Below, one piece after another: positions 1 through 8,432 of a stretch of 64,000 nt of DNA (positions within the stretch are counted from its first letter, which is position 1; every line of letters begins with the position of its first letter). This stretch comes from Nitrospinota bacterium. GTDB lineage: Bacteria; Nitrospinota; Nitrospinia; Nitrospinales; VA-1. A model generated the notes under the pieces. That model was given only the letters and a program-made list of their open reading frames with translations, searched no databases and was not told where the DNA came from. Where the stretch lies: the NCBI GenBank assembly GCA_013349585.1, contig DUZG01000004.1:96-64095 (forward strand), read 5' to 3'. The translations under genes and the position numbers were made by a program.

Positions 1-59
<59 letters not shown>

Positions 60-261
60 ATAATTACTGGTGTGAATTTAGAAGGGGCACTTTAACCGGA
101 TTTGCCGTTAAAAATCAACCGCAAAACTATACTGGGCACTCGCTTCAAGGTAAGCATCATATGGCATCCTCACCTAACATCTCCCTGGATGGGAGGGGGA
201 GAAAAAAACTGCTGAATCGCCACGTTCCCTCCGGTCACTCGCAATGATGGCAACTCACACC

Positions 262-495
262 TTAACCTTGCTTGGCTTCATGCTTCTCTTGATTCCATCC
301 ACCATCTGGGCCGCAACGGATGCAGCGGATTTGTTTAAACATTTCTTCCCAATCCGCATCTGTAGCAACATAGTCTAAAATACATCGAAGTGCTTTCGAC
401 TTATCACCCAATAGGTATTTTTCACTGGCATACTCAAGCATTTTGACGAGATCTTCTTGTACATCAAATTCAACTGCTACTTTTTTTCCTGCCAT
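262..495 (-). CDS. small hypothetical protein (77 aa), family not recognised
   Basis: Track ORF, co-directional with and 25 nt downstream of tenA. C-terminal CIRCG motif. No family recognised by eye. Confidence 0.5.
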   Translation of the reverse strand: MAGKKVAVEFDVQEDLVKMLEYASEKYLLGDKSKALRCILDYVATDADWEEMFKQIRCIRCGPDGGWNQEKHEAKQG

Positions 496-520
496 ATTTT
501 CTTCCCTTCAACTTGTTATT

Positions 521-1174
521 TTATTGTGGTTGCCAGTTTTCCATTCGATAGGCAGAATCCCAAAACATCCATTCCAACCGAGTTGATGTGATAAAAGCTT
601 CTTTCATTTGTTGTAGCTGCTTATTATTCGCATCTTTGGCGACACGATCTGTTAAGTCTATAGCATTTTTTACCACGTCTTGAAATTCTTCACCAGAATA
701 CATATCAATCCATTTCTGATACGGGTTTTGCACACCCGCACTTTTATGTATATGCAATCCTACTTCCTGGTAGATCCAGAAACAGGGCAACAAAGCCGCA
801 AGGGATTCTTCATAACTGCCATGTGTTGCTTTCGAGATTAGAAAATTGGTGTAGGTGAAACATCCCGGAGCTTTTTCAACATCTAGTTTTATACCGTAAA
901 AGTCGAAATAGAATTCGTGAAGCCCACGCTCTGCGATGATCGTTCCTTTTGAAAAATCAAGCAACAAAACAAGATCATCAGGGTTGGTCGCGCGAGAAGC
1001 GGCAATTGCAAGTGCGCGGGCAAAATCCACCAGATATAAGGAGTCTTGCTTCATATAAAACTGAAATCTATCCTTGGCAAGCGTTCCCTTAGCCAGTTCC
1101 TGATTAAAGGGATGCTCTAAAATAGATTTATATATAGGTTCAATCGCTTTCCAGGCAGATTCAGAAAAAGACAT
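521..1174 (-). CDS. tenA: TenA-family thiaminase II / aminopyrimidine aminohydrolase
   Basis: TenA-like helical protein with the LLPCFWIY active-site Cys context and a RLEWMFWD C-terminus. Start moved to Met18 of the track ORF (MSFSES...), 4 nt after the thiD stop. Confidence 0.85.
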   Translation of the reverse strand: MSFSESAWKAIEPIYKSILEHPFNQELAKGTLAKDRFQFYMKQDSLYLVDFARALAIAASRATNPDDLVLLLDFSKGTIIAERGLHEFYFDFYGIKLDVEKAPGCFTYTNFLISKATHGSYEESLAALLPCFWIYQEVGLHIHKSAGVQNPYQKWIDMYSGEEFQDVVKNAIDLTDRVAKDANNKQLQQMKEAFITSTRLEWMFWDSAYRMENWQPQ

Positions 1175-1178
1175 ACTG

Positions 1179-1985
1179 TTACTTCTCCCAGGTGTTAAAA
1201 AAATGCATGACGGGTCCTTTGCCATGGCCTAAGTTTTTATCTGCACCAGCTATAAGAGCTTGTGTGAGATAAATTTTTGCTTCTTTAACGGAATCTTCTA
1301 AATTATAAGACCGGGCAAGAAAAGCCGCGATAGCAGAAGAAAATGTGCAACCGGCTCCATGTAAGTTTTTGGTATCAATTCGATCTTGTTTGAGCCATTG
1401 CGGATCACCACCTTCAATCGCCAAGCAATCGTCACTGGTAGGAGCTGACAACGCCCCCCCTTTGATAACGACTGCCTTGGGGCCTAATTTGTTTAGATCA
1501 ATCGCTGCCTGTTGCATGGACTCAAAAGATTTAATCGAATAACCCAATAATGCCGCCGCTTCAGGTATGTTTGGTGTGATTATTGTTGCTAATGGAAATA
1601 GCTCATTTTTTATAGATTCAACAGCTTCTTTCTGTAACAACCGATCCCCACTCTTTGCAAACATCACCGGATCGAGCACGACGGAACATCCTTTAATTTC
1701 ACGCAAACACTTTGCGACGGTTTTAACAACCGAAGTGTTGAACAACATACCTATCTTGATAGCATCGATACTAATATCTTCAAGGATTGAATGGATTTGT
1801 TCTTCTACAAATTCCGGCTCAACTTCCTGAATACTTCGAACCACTTTAGTGTTCTGAGCAGTCAATGCAGTGATAACCGACATGCCATAACAACCCAGGG
1901 CAGAAAAGGTTTTAAGGTCCGCCTGAATTCCCGCACCGCCGCTGTTATCGGACCCTGCAATTGTTAAAGCACGGTAATAATTCAT
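1179..1985 (-). CDS. thiD: hydroxymethylpyrimidine/phosphomethylpyrimidine kinase
   Basis: 268 aa with TIAGSDNSGGAGIQADLKTFSALG and GAGCTFSSAIAAFLA motifs typical of ThiD (PfkB fold). Confidence 0.92.
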   Translation of the reverse strand: MNYYRALTIAGSDNSGGAGIQADLKTFSALGCYGMSVITALTAQNTKVVRSIQEVEPEFVEEQIHSILEDISIDAIKIGMLFNTSVVKTVAKCLREIKGCSVVLDPVMFAKSGDRLLQKEAVESIKNELFPLATIITPNIPEAAALLGYSIKSFESMQQAAIDLNKLGPKAVVIKGGALSAPTSDDCLAIEGGDPQWLKQDRIDTKNLHGAGCTFSSAIAAFLARSYNLEDSVKEAKIYLTQALIAGADKNLGHGKGPVMHFFNTWEK

Positions 1986-1998
1986 ATTCTGGAATTTT

Positions 1999-3279
1999 TT
2001 AAAAGTTTCTCAATGATTCAATGCGCCGCGTCAAAGATGTGGACCAGGCAGTTTGAATATTTTTAATATACTCTTCTGCTTCTTCAATTTGCGAAATAGC
2101 AAGGTCGCGTTTTTGTATTTTAAAAAATATTTCAGCTAAATCAACACGAATTTGGGTTTCTTCTTTTCTGTGTTCAATATATTTGGCAATCGCTAAAGCC
2201 TTTTCAAGGTATTCGATCGCTTTCTCCCATTGTTCCAGCTTTCGGTAATTGAGGCCGATACCCACCAACAGTTCCAATTGTTTATCGTCATCTTCTAATT
2301 CACGATAACTTTTAAGGGCCTTAAAGTAGCAATCTATTGCCTTTTCAATTTTCCCCTGTTTTACAAATACAAATCCGATACCGTTATAGGAGGTACCTAC
2401 ATGAGCATGTAACCCTTTAGATTCCGCAAGAACTCGTTGTTCTTCATAATAGTTTTTTGCTCGATCTATATTTCCAGAAACCGCATAGGCATCCCCTAGG
2501 TTTGCCAGCAAACCACAGACTTCTTCGGAATTTTCAAACTCCTGCGAAATGTTTAATTCTTCTTGAAAATATTGAATTGCTTTGCGAGTTTGCCCCAGTC
2601 GAGAATAAGCAAGTGCAAGTGCCGACAACGCATTCTTTTCCGCTACTCTATCGGCGATCCCACGCGCTTTTTGTAAAAAAATAGTTTCCGCTTCGATCAT
2701 CTTTCGCACTTGCATAAGGTCAGATGATTCTAAATCCACTTTGTCTTTTTTTGGGTTTTTGCCATCGATTTCTGACAGTCGTTGATAATTGACTTCCACC
2801 GACTCTGTCAATTTCCCTTTCACTTCTTTAATAAAGCTTAGTTCTTCTTCCAAATGTTCGAGAAGATCTTCTATGTCTTCAGACCAGAAAACAGTTCGCA
2901 AATGATGCGACCTGCAATCGATCAACTTCTTTAACGCCCCAGGGACGTTGTCCTTTTCTGGCAGCTTTGCATCGTCGATCAATACAGAAACGATTAAAAT
3001 ATCTTGATTCATTGCTGATATTATTTCAAATCGGATTTGTTCATTATCAATAAGGTTATAAGCAGAAATATCTTCTTTTGGGGAAGATGGGTCGGCGCAC
3101 ACGACAACGATCAATACATCGCAGCCTTCGATTTGTGCTCTGATATATTGCTTTGAAATGTCTTGGTTGTGATTTGAAACTTCACATTTTGCTTCTAAGA
3201 AGGATTCACTTTGATGAGCAATTCTATGTGAAAAAGTTTCTGCCAGTGGAGAGCTTGAACTGAAGTAGATTGACGACAC
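1999..3279 (-). CDS. TIR-like N-terminal domain fused to TPR repeats
   Basis: N-terminal ~150 aa follow the TIR_2 pattern: IYFSSSS, then GCDVLIVVVC, then QIRFEIISAM, then ILIVSVLIDDAKLP. The C-terminal ~230 aa are TPR_12-like repeats (ALAYSRLGQTRKAIQYF, LGDAYAVSGNIDRAKNYY, and others). The stop lies 13 nt before the thiD start. Confidence 0.65.
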   Translation of the reverse strand: MSSIYFSSSSPLAETFSHRIAHQSESFLEAKCEVSNHNQDISKQYIRAQIEGCDVLIVVVCADPSSPKEDISAYNLIDNEQIRFEIISAMNQDILIVSVLIDDAKLPEKDNVPGALKKLIDCRSHHLRTVFWSEDIEDLLEHLEEELSFIKEVKGKLTESVEVNYQRLSEIDGKNPKKDKVDLESSDLMQVRKMIEAETIFLQKARGIADRVAEKNALSALALAYSRLGQTRKAIQYFQEELNISQEFENSEEVCGLLANLGDAYAVSGNIDRAKNYYEEQRVLAESKGLHAHVGTSYNGIGFVFVKQGKIEKAIDCYFKALKSYRELEDDDKQLELLVGIGLNYRKLEQWEKAIEYLEKALAIAKYIEHRKEETQIRVDLAEIFFKIQKRDLAISQIEEAEEYIKNIQTAWSTSLTRRIESLRNF

Positions 3280-3470
3280 GTTTTAATCAGGTTTGAAATT
3301 ATTAAAATGCTGAAAAAAGTCTAGTTCTACCACAAAAATTTTTTCTCTCATATCTTGGGATTATTTATTATAACCATTTATTTCCTAACAGAAAACCGAA
3401 TTGCATAATCTTATTTGGAATTTCAATTATGCTAAACTTGAATTATCTGCAACCTACAAAAGGGTAATCT

Positions 3471-5066
3471 ATGTTTCAGGTTATTATTTGTTTTATAGCG
3501 CTTTTCGGAATGAACACCGGGCAACTTACACATGCTTCTGACTCCACTGACCAACTTGGAACAGTAGAATTCCCAACCTCCTCATCCGGACCTGCACAGA
3601 AACATTTTATTCGTGGTGTGGCAGCCCTGCATTCCTTCTGGTATGCAGAAGCTTTGAGTGCCTTTGAACAATCCACAATTGCTGATCCTGATTTTGCAAT
3701 GGGCTACTGGGGTCTGGCCATGGCACACAACCACCCACTCTGGGAAGATCAAGATAAAAAATCTGCAAGTGAAGCCCTTATAAAGATTACGGAGTTCTCG
3801 AAATTAACACAGCGAGAGCAGGACTATATTTATGCCGTCCGACTTCTTTATGGGGATGGAGAAAAGCAAACACGCGACAGGGCCTATTCCAAAGCCATGG
3901 AAAATATTTATCGCAACTACCCCGACGATTTAGAGGGAGCTTGTTTTTATAGTCTGTCCAAACTGGGTGTCGCGAGAAACACGGTTAATAAATTAAGACT
4001 GCAGGTTGAAGCGGGTGCTATCGCTCTTGAAGTTTTTCAGAAAAACCCCACTCACCCCTGCGCCGCGCATTATGCCATCCATGCTTTTGACCATCCCGAT
4101 TTGGCACGACTTGCCTTACCTTCCGCCAAACGGTACGCGAAAATTGCACCGGCTTCACATCATGCTCAGCATATGTCGGCGCATATTTTTGTGCAACTTG
4201 GTATGTGGACTGATGCGGTAATATCTAACGAAAACGGCTGGCGCACTTCAGTCGATTGGGTAGAACAGAAAAACCTGCCACGAAGCGAGCGTGATTACCA
4301 TAGCTTGCAATGGCTGCATTATGCCTACTTACAACAAGGGCTCCTTGAAAAAGCTGCAAGTATTTTTGATATCCAACAAAAGGATATGTTGGAAGGAATT
4401 CAATCTCAATCCAATTTGAGAGCCGGAAAATATTATTATCGTATGCTTGCTGCAACCGTTATTGAAACGGAACAATGGCAATTTGCGGAACAGTTTCCTT
4501 TGCCTGATGAATGGAAACCCAAAAGCTTTTCCCTGGCTGGATATAATTTCGCTCGCGGATTCGCCGCCGCGATGAGTGGAAAAACTGAAGAAGCTGAAAA
4601 ATATCTTAGCGAAGTGCAAGCTATACAAAAAAAAGGGCTTAGCGAAAACTATTTCAAACGTATTGAATATCTACAAGTGTGGGAGTTCGAAATTCAAATA
4701 GCGATCAAACTTTTTGAAAAAGATTATAAAGCCGCGATTGGACTCGCGAAGCAAGCGGTCTTGTTGGAAGAAAAATTGCCTGCACCTTCTGGTCCACCGC
4801 GTATTCTCAAGCCTTCTTATGAATTGCTTGGAGAAGTATACTTGAAAGCCGGCAAACCCATTCAGGCATATGAAAATTTTTCAATCTCTTTATTACGTCA
4901 TCCTAATCGAATTCGTTCTTTGGTGGGTGCGGCTCGCGCCGCCGATGCAAAAGGTGATAGAGAAGTTGCACTGGAGAACTATCAACAGGTGTTCAACCAA
5001 TTTAAAAATGCCAATTCGGAATTGCCTGAATTGAGTGAAGCGAGAACATTTTTTAAGAGAAAATAA
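3471..5066 (+). CDS. secreted TPR-like helical-repeat protein, function unknown
   Basis: 531-aa ORF with an N-terminal hydrophobic signal (VIICFIALFGMNTG...THA) and TPR-like helical repeats throughout. Confidence 0.75.
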   Translation: MFQVIICFIALFGMNTGQLTHASDSTDQLGTVEFPTSSSGPAQKHFIRGVAALHSFWYAEALSAFEQSTIADPDFAMGYWGLAMAHNHPLWEDQDKKSASEALIKITEFSKLTQREQDYIYAVRLLYGDGEKQTRDRAYSKAMENIYRNYPDDLEGACFYSLSKLGVARNTVNKLRLQVEAGAIALEVFQKNPTHPCAAHYAIHAFDHPDLARLALPSAKRYAKIAPASHHAQHMSAHIFVQLGMWTDAVISNENGWRTSVDWVEQKNLPRSERDYHSLQWLHYAYLQQGLLEKAASIFDIQQKDMLEGIQSQSNLRAGKYYYRMLAATVIETEQWQFAEQFPLPDEWKPKSFSLAGYNFARGFAAAMSGKTEEAEKYLSEVQAIQKKGLSENYFKRIEYLQVWEFEIQIAIKLFEKDYKAAIGLAKQAVLLEEKLPAPSGPPRILKPSYELLGEVYLKAGKPIQAYENFSISLLRHPNRIRSLVGAARAADAKGDREVALENYQQVFNQFKNANSELPELSEARTFFKRK

Positions 5067-5112
5067 AACCGGAGACGAAAGATATCAGAAGATGAACTTG
5101 CTTGCTGTTCGG

Positions 5113-5647
5113 TTATTGTAATTGCATGGGTGTAGAACTTTTGATCAATACCTTGGCTGCCTTTTTGGACCTTATTGCGCTTAGATGCGAATTGCTCACT
5201 TGAGCCATAGTGATGGCCCCTTCTATTAAAAGCATAAATTGTTCAGATAATTCATCTGCATCCTGCAATTCTGCTTTTTCTGCCAAACCTTGGATGTACT
5301 TCTAAATAAAAATTTTTGATTCCTGACAAACACTCCGTATGGACGTGCCTTCTTCGGGGTATTCACCCATTGCCCTGACAAAAAGGCATCCTGATTTTTT
5401 TTACTGTTAAACCTTTCCCTAAAATATCAAAAATCACCAGCAGACGATCCTTCGGAGTTTCTGCTTTTGCTTCAACAGATCGCATAAAGGCATTGCGGTG
5501 GCGTCCGTCGTAGTAGCGAAGAATTGCAAGAATAAACACTTCCTTCCAGAGGTTTTTGGGATAACGTTATTCGGGAAATAAGTCTGCAGCATAACGACTT
5601 CTGGTTTTAGGGGAATTGCCCTGTTCTCTGTGGAGTTTTGCTGCCAT
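5113..5647 (-). pseudogene. decayed TetR/AcrR-family transcriptional regulator
   Basis: The minus strand can only be read by changing frame and passing stops. Fragments are MAAKLHREQGNSPKTRSRYAADLFPE*, EVFILAILRYYDGRHRNAFMRSVEAKAETPKDRLLVIFDIL, a stretch reading GEYPEEGTSIRSVCQESK that is itself only recovered by a further frame change, and AELQDADELSEQFMLLIEGAITMAQVSNSHLSAIRSKKAAKVLI. Most of the HTH segment is missing. Confidence 0.7.
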
Positions 5648-5786
5648 CTTTAATTAGCCAAACTCCAAACTCATAAGAGCCCCAGGCAACGAACAAAAGA
5701 AAAACAATTATCACAAACAATTCTAGCCCACTTGGTTTTGAGGGAGGAGAGGTCTCCTCATTATGGAGGTCAGAGTCGGTTTCCAT
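5607..5786 (-). CDS. small membrane protein (59 aa), hypothetical
   Basis: ORF below the track cutoff: METDSDLHNEETSPPSKPSGLELFVIIVFLLFVAWGSYEFGVWLIKDGSKTPQRTGQFP. One clear TM helix. The ATG is 3 nt after the stop of the Sel1 gene. Confidence 0.4.
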   Translation of the reverse strand: METDSDLHNEETSPPSKPSGLELFVIIVFLLFVAWGSYEFGVWLIKDGSKTPQRTGQFP

Positions 5787-5789
5787 GGT

Positions 5790-6161
5790 TCAGTGCTTTT
5801 TTAGCCATTCCTTTGCAAGTTGATGGGCTTTGGCTATTTGAGCGCTGTTCATTTGTCGCTCGACAAAAATGCGGTTTTTCTTTCCTGCCTCCTGCCCGGA
5901 TACTTCCGATATGAATAACCATTTATCAGACTCCAAAACATCTTTCTCAACTCCTGTTCCCTTAAAATACATCATCCCTAAAACTAATTGGGCTGCAGCT
6001 TGTCCTTTTTCTGCAAGGGGAACTATCATTTTATATGCAGTTTCATAGTCGCGGCGATTGACAGCTTTTACCGCATCTTCGAACTCATCAGCAAAAGCAA
6101 AAGTCGGGCAAACGATCTCCATTAGAAGGAATAGTGTTATGGCTTTAAGATTAAAAATCAT
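5790..6161 (-). CDS. Sel1-repeat (SLR) protein with signal peptide
   Basis: Signal peptide LFLLMEIVCPTFAFA, then the Sel1 signature GQAAAQLVLGMMYFKGTGVEKDVLESDKW. An ATG at 6161 is preferred over the TTG at 6164. Confidence 0.8.
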   Translation of the reverse strand: MIFNLKAITLFLLMEIVCPTFAFADEFEDAVKAVNRRDYETAYKMIVPLAEKGQAAAQLVLGMMYFKGTGVEKDVLESDKWLFISEVSGQEAGKKNRIFVERQMNSAQIAKAHQLAKEWLKKH

Positions 6162-6175
6162 CAATTTATTGTCCG

Positions 6176-6208
6176 AAAAAAATCCACCCAGGGGAGCTGA
6201 GTGGATTT
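6176..6208 (-). terminator. rho-independent terminator-like hairpin plus T-tract
   Basis: Minus strand reads AAATCCAC-T-CAG-CTCCC-CTG-G-GTGGATTT followed by TTTT. This is a ~12-bp stem, a 5-nt loop and a 7-T run in total. It ends 14 nt before the Sel1 start codon. Confidence 0.6.
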
Positions 6209-6691
6209 ATAAGAGGCAATCACCTTTAAAAGATAATCGACAGATCCTCCCCCCTGCCTCTATATTAGTCCGCTTTTTTCCCTATTCCCGTGATAATCAA
6301 ATTTATTTTAGGCACGTGGTTTCTCAGGTGTTCTTGTAACAGCATCACCCAATGATTAACGTCCATTGCCGTTATTAAAATGCAAAATCATCTTCTGATT
6401 AGTCTTTTTCATTTGTAAAAACACTGTTAGCATTGAAACAAAGTTCTTTTGGAGGAATGATATTCTCAAATTGTTTAAGACAATGTTATGCGAAATCTTC
6501 GGCCTTCTCAACCCTTCCTTTATATAATCAATAATATATATCTTAATTAAATATATTGTCCCTTCTGCCCGATCTATAAGTCAACTATCCTCCGGGGCTA
6601 GGCCTGGTGGAGATAGTTTGGGGGATTGTTGAGGAGTTCCCAGTATATAAGAATAGAGTTATTTACCTCCCTTGAAGGGGGTTAACGGGTA

Positions 6692-6720
6692 TTGACGTTT
6701 TTCAGAGAATCTCATATAAT
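6692..6720 (+). promoter_or_regulatory. sigma70-type promoter candidate
   Basis: TTGACG (6692-6697), 17-nt spacer, TATAAT (6715-6720). It lies 38 nt upstream of the lipoprotein ATG. Confidence 0.55.
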
Positions 6721-6757
6721 CTCTTGAAATAAAACGAGTTAATTGATTTGGTGTTGT

Positions 6758-7225
6758 ATGCTAGGGTTTTTCAAAATTGTAGGTGTAGTATTCATTCTAT
6801 TTTTTCTTTTCGGTTGTTGGGCGAAGGGAGGGGGTGGATCGCCTATGAAGTTTAAGCGTATCACCCCGACCATGGAAAAGGAGATGGAAAGCCTGATCGA
6901 GGCGGGTTGTGATAGGGAATACCAGTATTTTAAAAGAGATGTAGCGTTTTTATATTCTATGATTCCTGGTGGTGGGCAGTGGTATACCGGCGAAAAAGAT
7001 AAGGCTTGGTTTTACTTGTTGTCTTCTCCTTTGATCATTCCTTATATCGTTTCTTTTCAGGATGCGCAAAATTCTGTAGACTATTACAACTTTAAATACA
7101 CCACAAAGTTTTGCAAATCCAAATTCAGAGTGGCTAAAAAGATGGTTGACCCAAAATCGGATAAGAAATCGACCAAAAAACGGAAATCCTCTAGAAAGTC
7201 CCGAAAATATAAAAAGCGTCGTTAA
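6758..7225 (+). CDS. putative lipoprotein with Lys/Arg-rich C-terminal tail
   Basis: MLGFFKIVGVVFILFFLFGC contains a lipobox-like LFGC. The C-terminus is KKSTKKRKSSRKSRKYKKRR. Start moved to the first ATG of the track ORF. Confidence 0.65.
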   Translation: MLGFFKIVGVVFILFFLFGCWAKGGGGSPMKFKRITPTMEKEMESLIEAGCDREYQYFKRDVAFLYSMIPGGGQWYTGEKDKAWFYLLSSPLIIPYIVSFQDAQNSVDYYNFKYTTKFCKSKFRVAKKMVDPKSDKKSTKKRKSSRKSRKYKKRR

Positions 7226-7473
7226 TCATAGATACAAGAGCAAGGAAAGACCCGTACAATTACTCTTTTGACAACAAATTGTAGTCATAGGGAAAATAAT
7301 TGCTAAAAATATTTTTTTTCTAATAATTTTATGCTAGGATCAGGCGCATATTATACAGACAGGGCTTTTTTTTGTAAAAGATAGTAGGTCGTGCTATAGT
7401 GCCTGCCATAATCACTCTGTCGTAAAAATATCCTGTTATTCGAAATTTTATAGCTTAAAACCTCCAATTTTAG

Positions 7474-7502
7474 TTGCAACTTTGGAAATCAAGGTGTACA
7501 AT
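7474..7502 (+). promoter_or_regulatory. sigma70-type promoter candidate for the tRNA cluster
   Basis: TTGCAA (7474-7479), 17-nt spacer, TACAAT (7497-7502). An AT-rich stretch lies upstream, and the first tRNA starts 21 nt downstream. Confidence 0.5.
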
Positions 7503-7522
7503 TGGGGTTTTTTATTTACTGA

Positions 7523-7598
7523 GCTGGCGTAGCTCAGTTGGTAGAGCAGCTGATTTGTAATCAGCAGGTCGGGGGTTCGAGTCCCTTTGCCAGCTCCA
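7523..7598 (+). tRNA. tRNA-Thr(UGU)
   Basis: GCTGGCGTAGCTCAGTTGGTAGAGCAGCTGATTTGTAATCAGCAGGTCGGGGGTTCGAGTCCCTTTGCCAGCTCCA. The anticodon loop is TTTGTAA and CCA is encoded. Confidence 0.95.
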
Positions 7599-7699
7599 GA
7601 TTTAAATGGTTGGTTTGAATGGGCTTCTAGGTTACTGCGTTGGAGGTTCAAGGTTAAGTGTTTGACCGGCTTTTGAGGTCGCGTTTTTCCCAAAATTTC

Positions 7700-7781
7700 G
7701 GGGAGGTTCCCGAGTGGCCAAAGGGAACAGACTGTAAATCTGTCGGCTCAGCCTTCGGAGGTTCGAATCCTCCCCTCCCCA
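7700..7781 (+). tRNA. tRNA-Tyr(GUA), class II with long variable arm
   Basis: Begins GGGGAGGTTCCCGAGTGGCCAAAGGGA. Anticodon stem ACAGA/TCTGT with loop CTGTAAA. Variable arm CGGCTCAGCCTTC and T arm GGAGGTTCGAATCCTCC. Confidence 0.93.
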
Positions 7782-7808
7782 TCCTGAATTTTGAGGTTGG
7801 TTGAACTT

Positions 7809-7885
7809 GCGGGAATAGCTCAGTTGGCTAGAGCGTCAGCCTTCCAAGCTGAGGGTCGCGGGTTCGAGTCCCGTTTCCCGCTCCA
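7809..7885 (+). tRNA. tRNA-Gly(UCC)
   Basis: GCGGGAATAGCTCAGTTGGCTAGAGCGTCAGCCTTCCAAGCTGAGGGTCGCGGGTTCGAGTCCCGTTTCCCGCTCCA. The anticodon loop is CTTCCAA. Confidence 0.95.
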
Positions 7886-7921
7886 CCTTTTTGCTAGGTT
7901 GGGTGAATGAGCTTTTTTTTT

Positions 7922-7993
7922 GCCCACGTAGCTCAGTGGTGGAGCGCTTCCTTGGTAAGGAAGAGGTCATCGGTTCAATCCCGATCGTGGGCT
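7922..7993 (+). tRNA. tRNA-Thr(GGU)
   Basis: GCCCACGTAGCTCAGTGGTGGAGCGCTTCCTTGGTAAGGAAGAGGTCATCGGTTCAATCCCGATCGTGGGCT. The anticodon loop is TTGGTAA and no CCA is encoded. Confidence 0.95.
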
Positions 7994-8096
7994 TTGGGTT
8001 TTTTTTGTTGAGACTGTAAGAAGGTATTGTTGAATATATGCGAGTTAGAAACCGGGGGGTTTGGTCGCATTAGCTAAATAAGGGTTGGTTGGTATT

Positions 8097-8246
8097 ATGA
8101 GAGTAATCGTTCATTTCGCATGTTCTGACTGTAATCGAAAAAACTATTCGAATACAAAAAATAAAAAGACAACCACGCAGAGGTTGGAGTTTAAAAAATA
8201 TTGTAGGTTTTGCAAAAAGCACACTCCCCATAAGGAAACAAAATAA
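8097..8246 (+). CDS. rpmG: 50S ribosomal protein L33 (zinc-ribbon C+ form)
   Basis: 49-aa ORF below the track cutoff: MRVIVHFACSDCNRKNYSNTKNKKTTTQRLEFKKYCRFCKKHTPHKETK. It has a CxxC...CxxC pattern and the canonical position before tRNA-Trp and secE. Confidence 0.93.
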   Translation: MRVIVHFACSDCNRKNYSNTKNKKTTTQRLEFKKYCRFCKKHTPHKETK

Positions 8247-8339
8247 AGAGAAATCAGATGGTTGGGAGTCGGGTGTCGATGTGTGGCATCGGACGGGAAT
8301 GTTTATTCCCCCTCCTACGGCTGGCGCGGAATTCGTAAT

Positions 8340-8413
8340 AGGCCAGTAGCTCTAATTGGTAGAGCATCGGATTCCAAATCCGAGTGTTGGGGGTTCGAGT
8401 CCCTCCTGGCCTG
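8340..8413 (+). tRNA. tRNA-Trp(CCA)
   Basis: AGGCCAGTAGCTCTAATTGGTAGAGCATCGGATTCCAAATCCGAGTGTTGGGGGTTCGAGTCCCTCCTGGCCTG. The anticodon loop is TTCCAAA. Confidence 0.95.
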
Positions 8414-8432
8414 TATTAACTTATTGAGGCTT

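Noticed and set aside
190-215. Hairpin CTCCC-TGGAT-GGGAG near the left edge as a terminator
   Set aside because: On the + strand it is followed by an A-run, and on the minus strand the T-run precedes the stem. Neither orientation gives a canonical intrinsic terminator.
1986-1998. Expected TPP riboswitch upstream of thiD-tenA
   Set aside because: Only 13 nt separate thiD from the preceding gene, and no THI-box-like sequence was seen upstream of the TIR/TPR gene either.
6058-6339. 93-aa + strand ORF overlapping the Sel1 gene start
   Set aside because: It is mostly antisense to the Sel1 gene and runs through the terminator hairpin. It shows no family resemblance.
7448-7693. 81-aa minus-strand ORF
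   Set aside because: It overlaps tRNA-Thr(UGU) and its flanks; the tRNA call explains the sequence.
8262-8432. N-terminal extension of the secE ORF
   Set aside because: The extension runs through tRNA-Trp. The conserved SecE sequence begins at ATG 8433.
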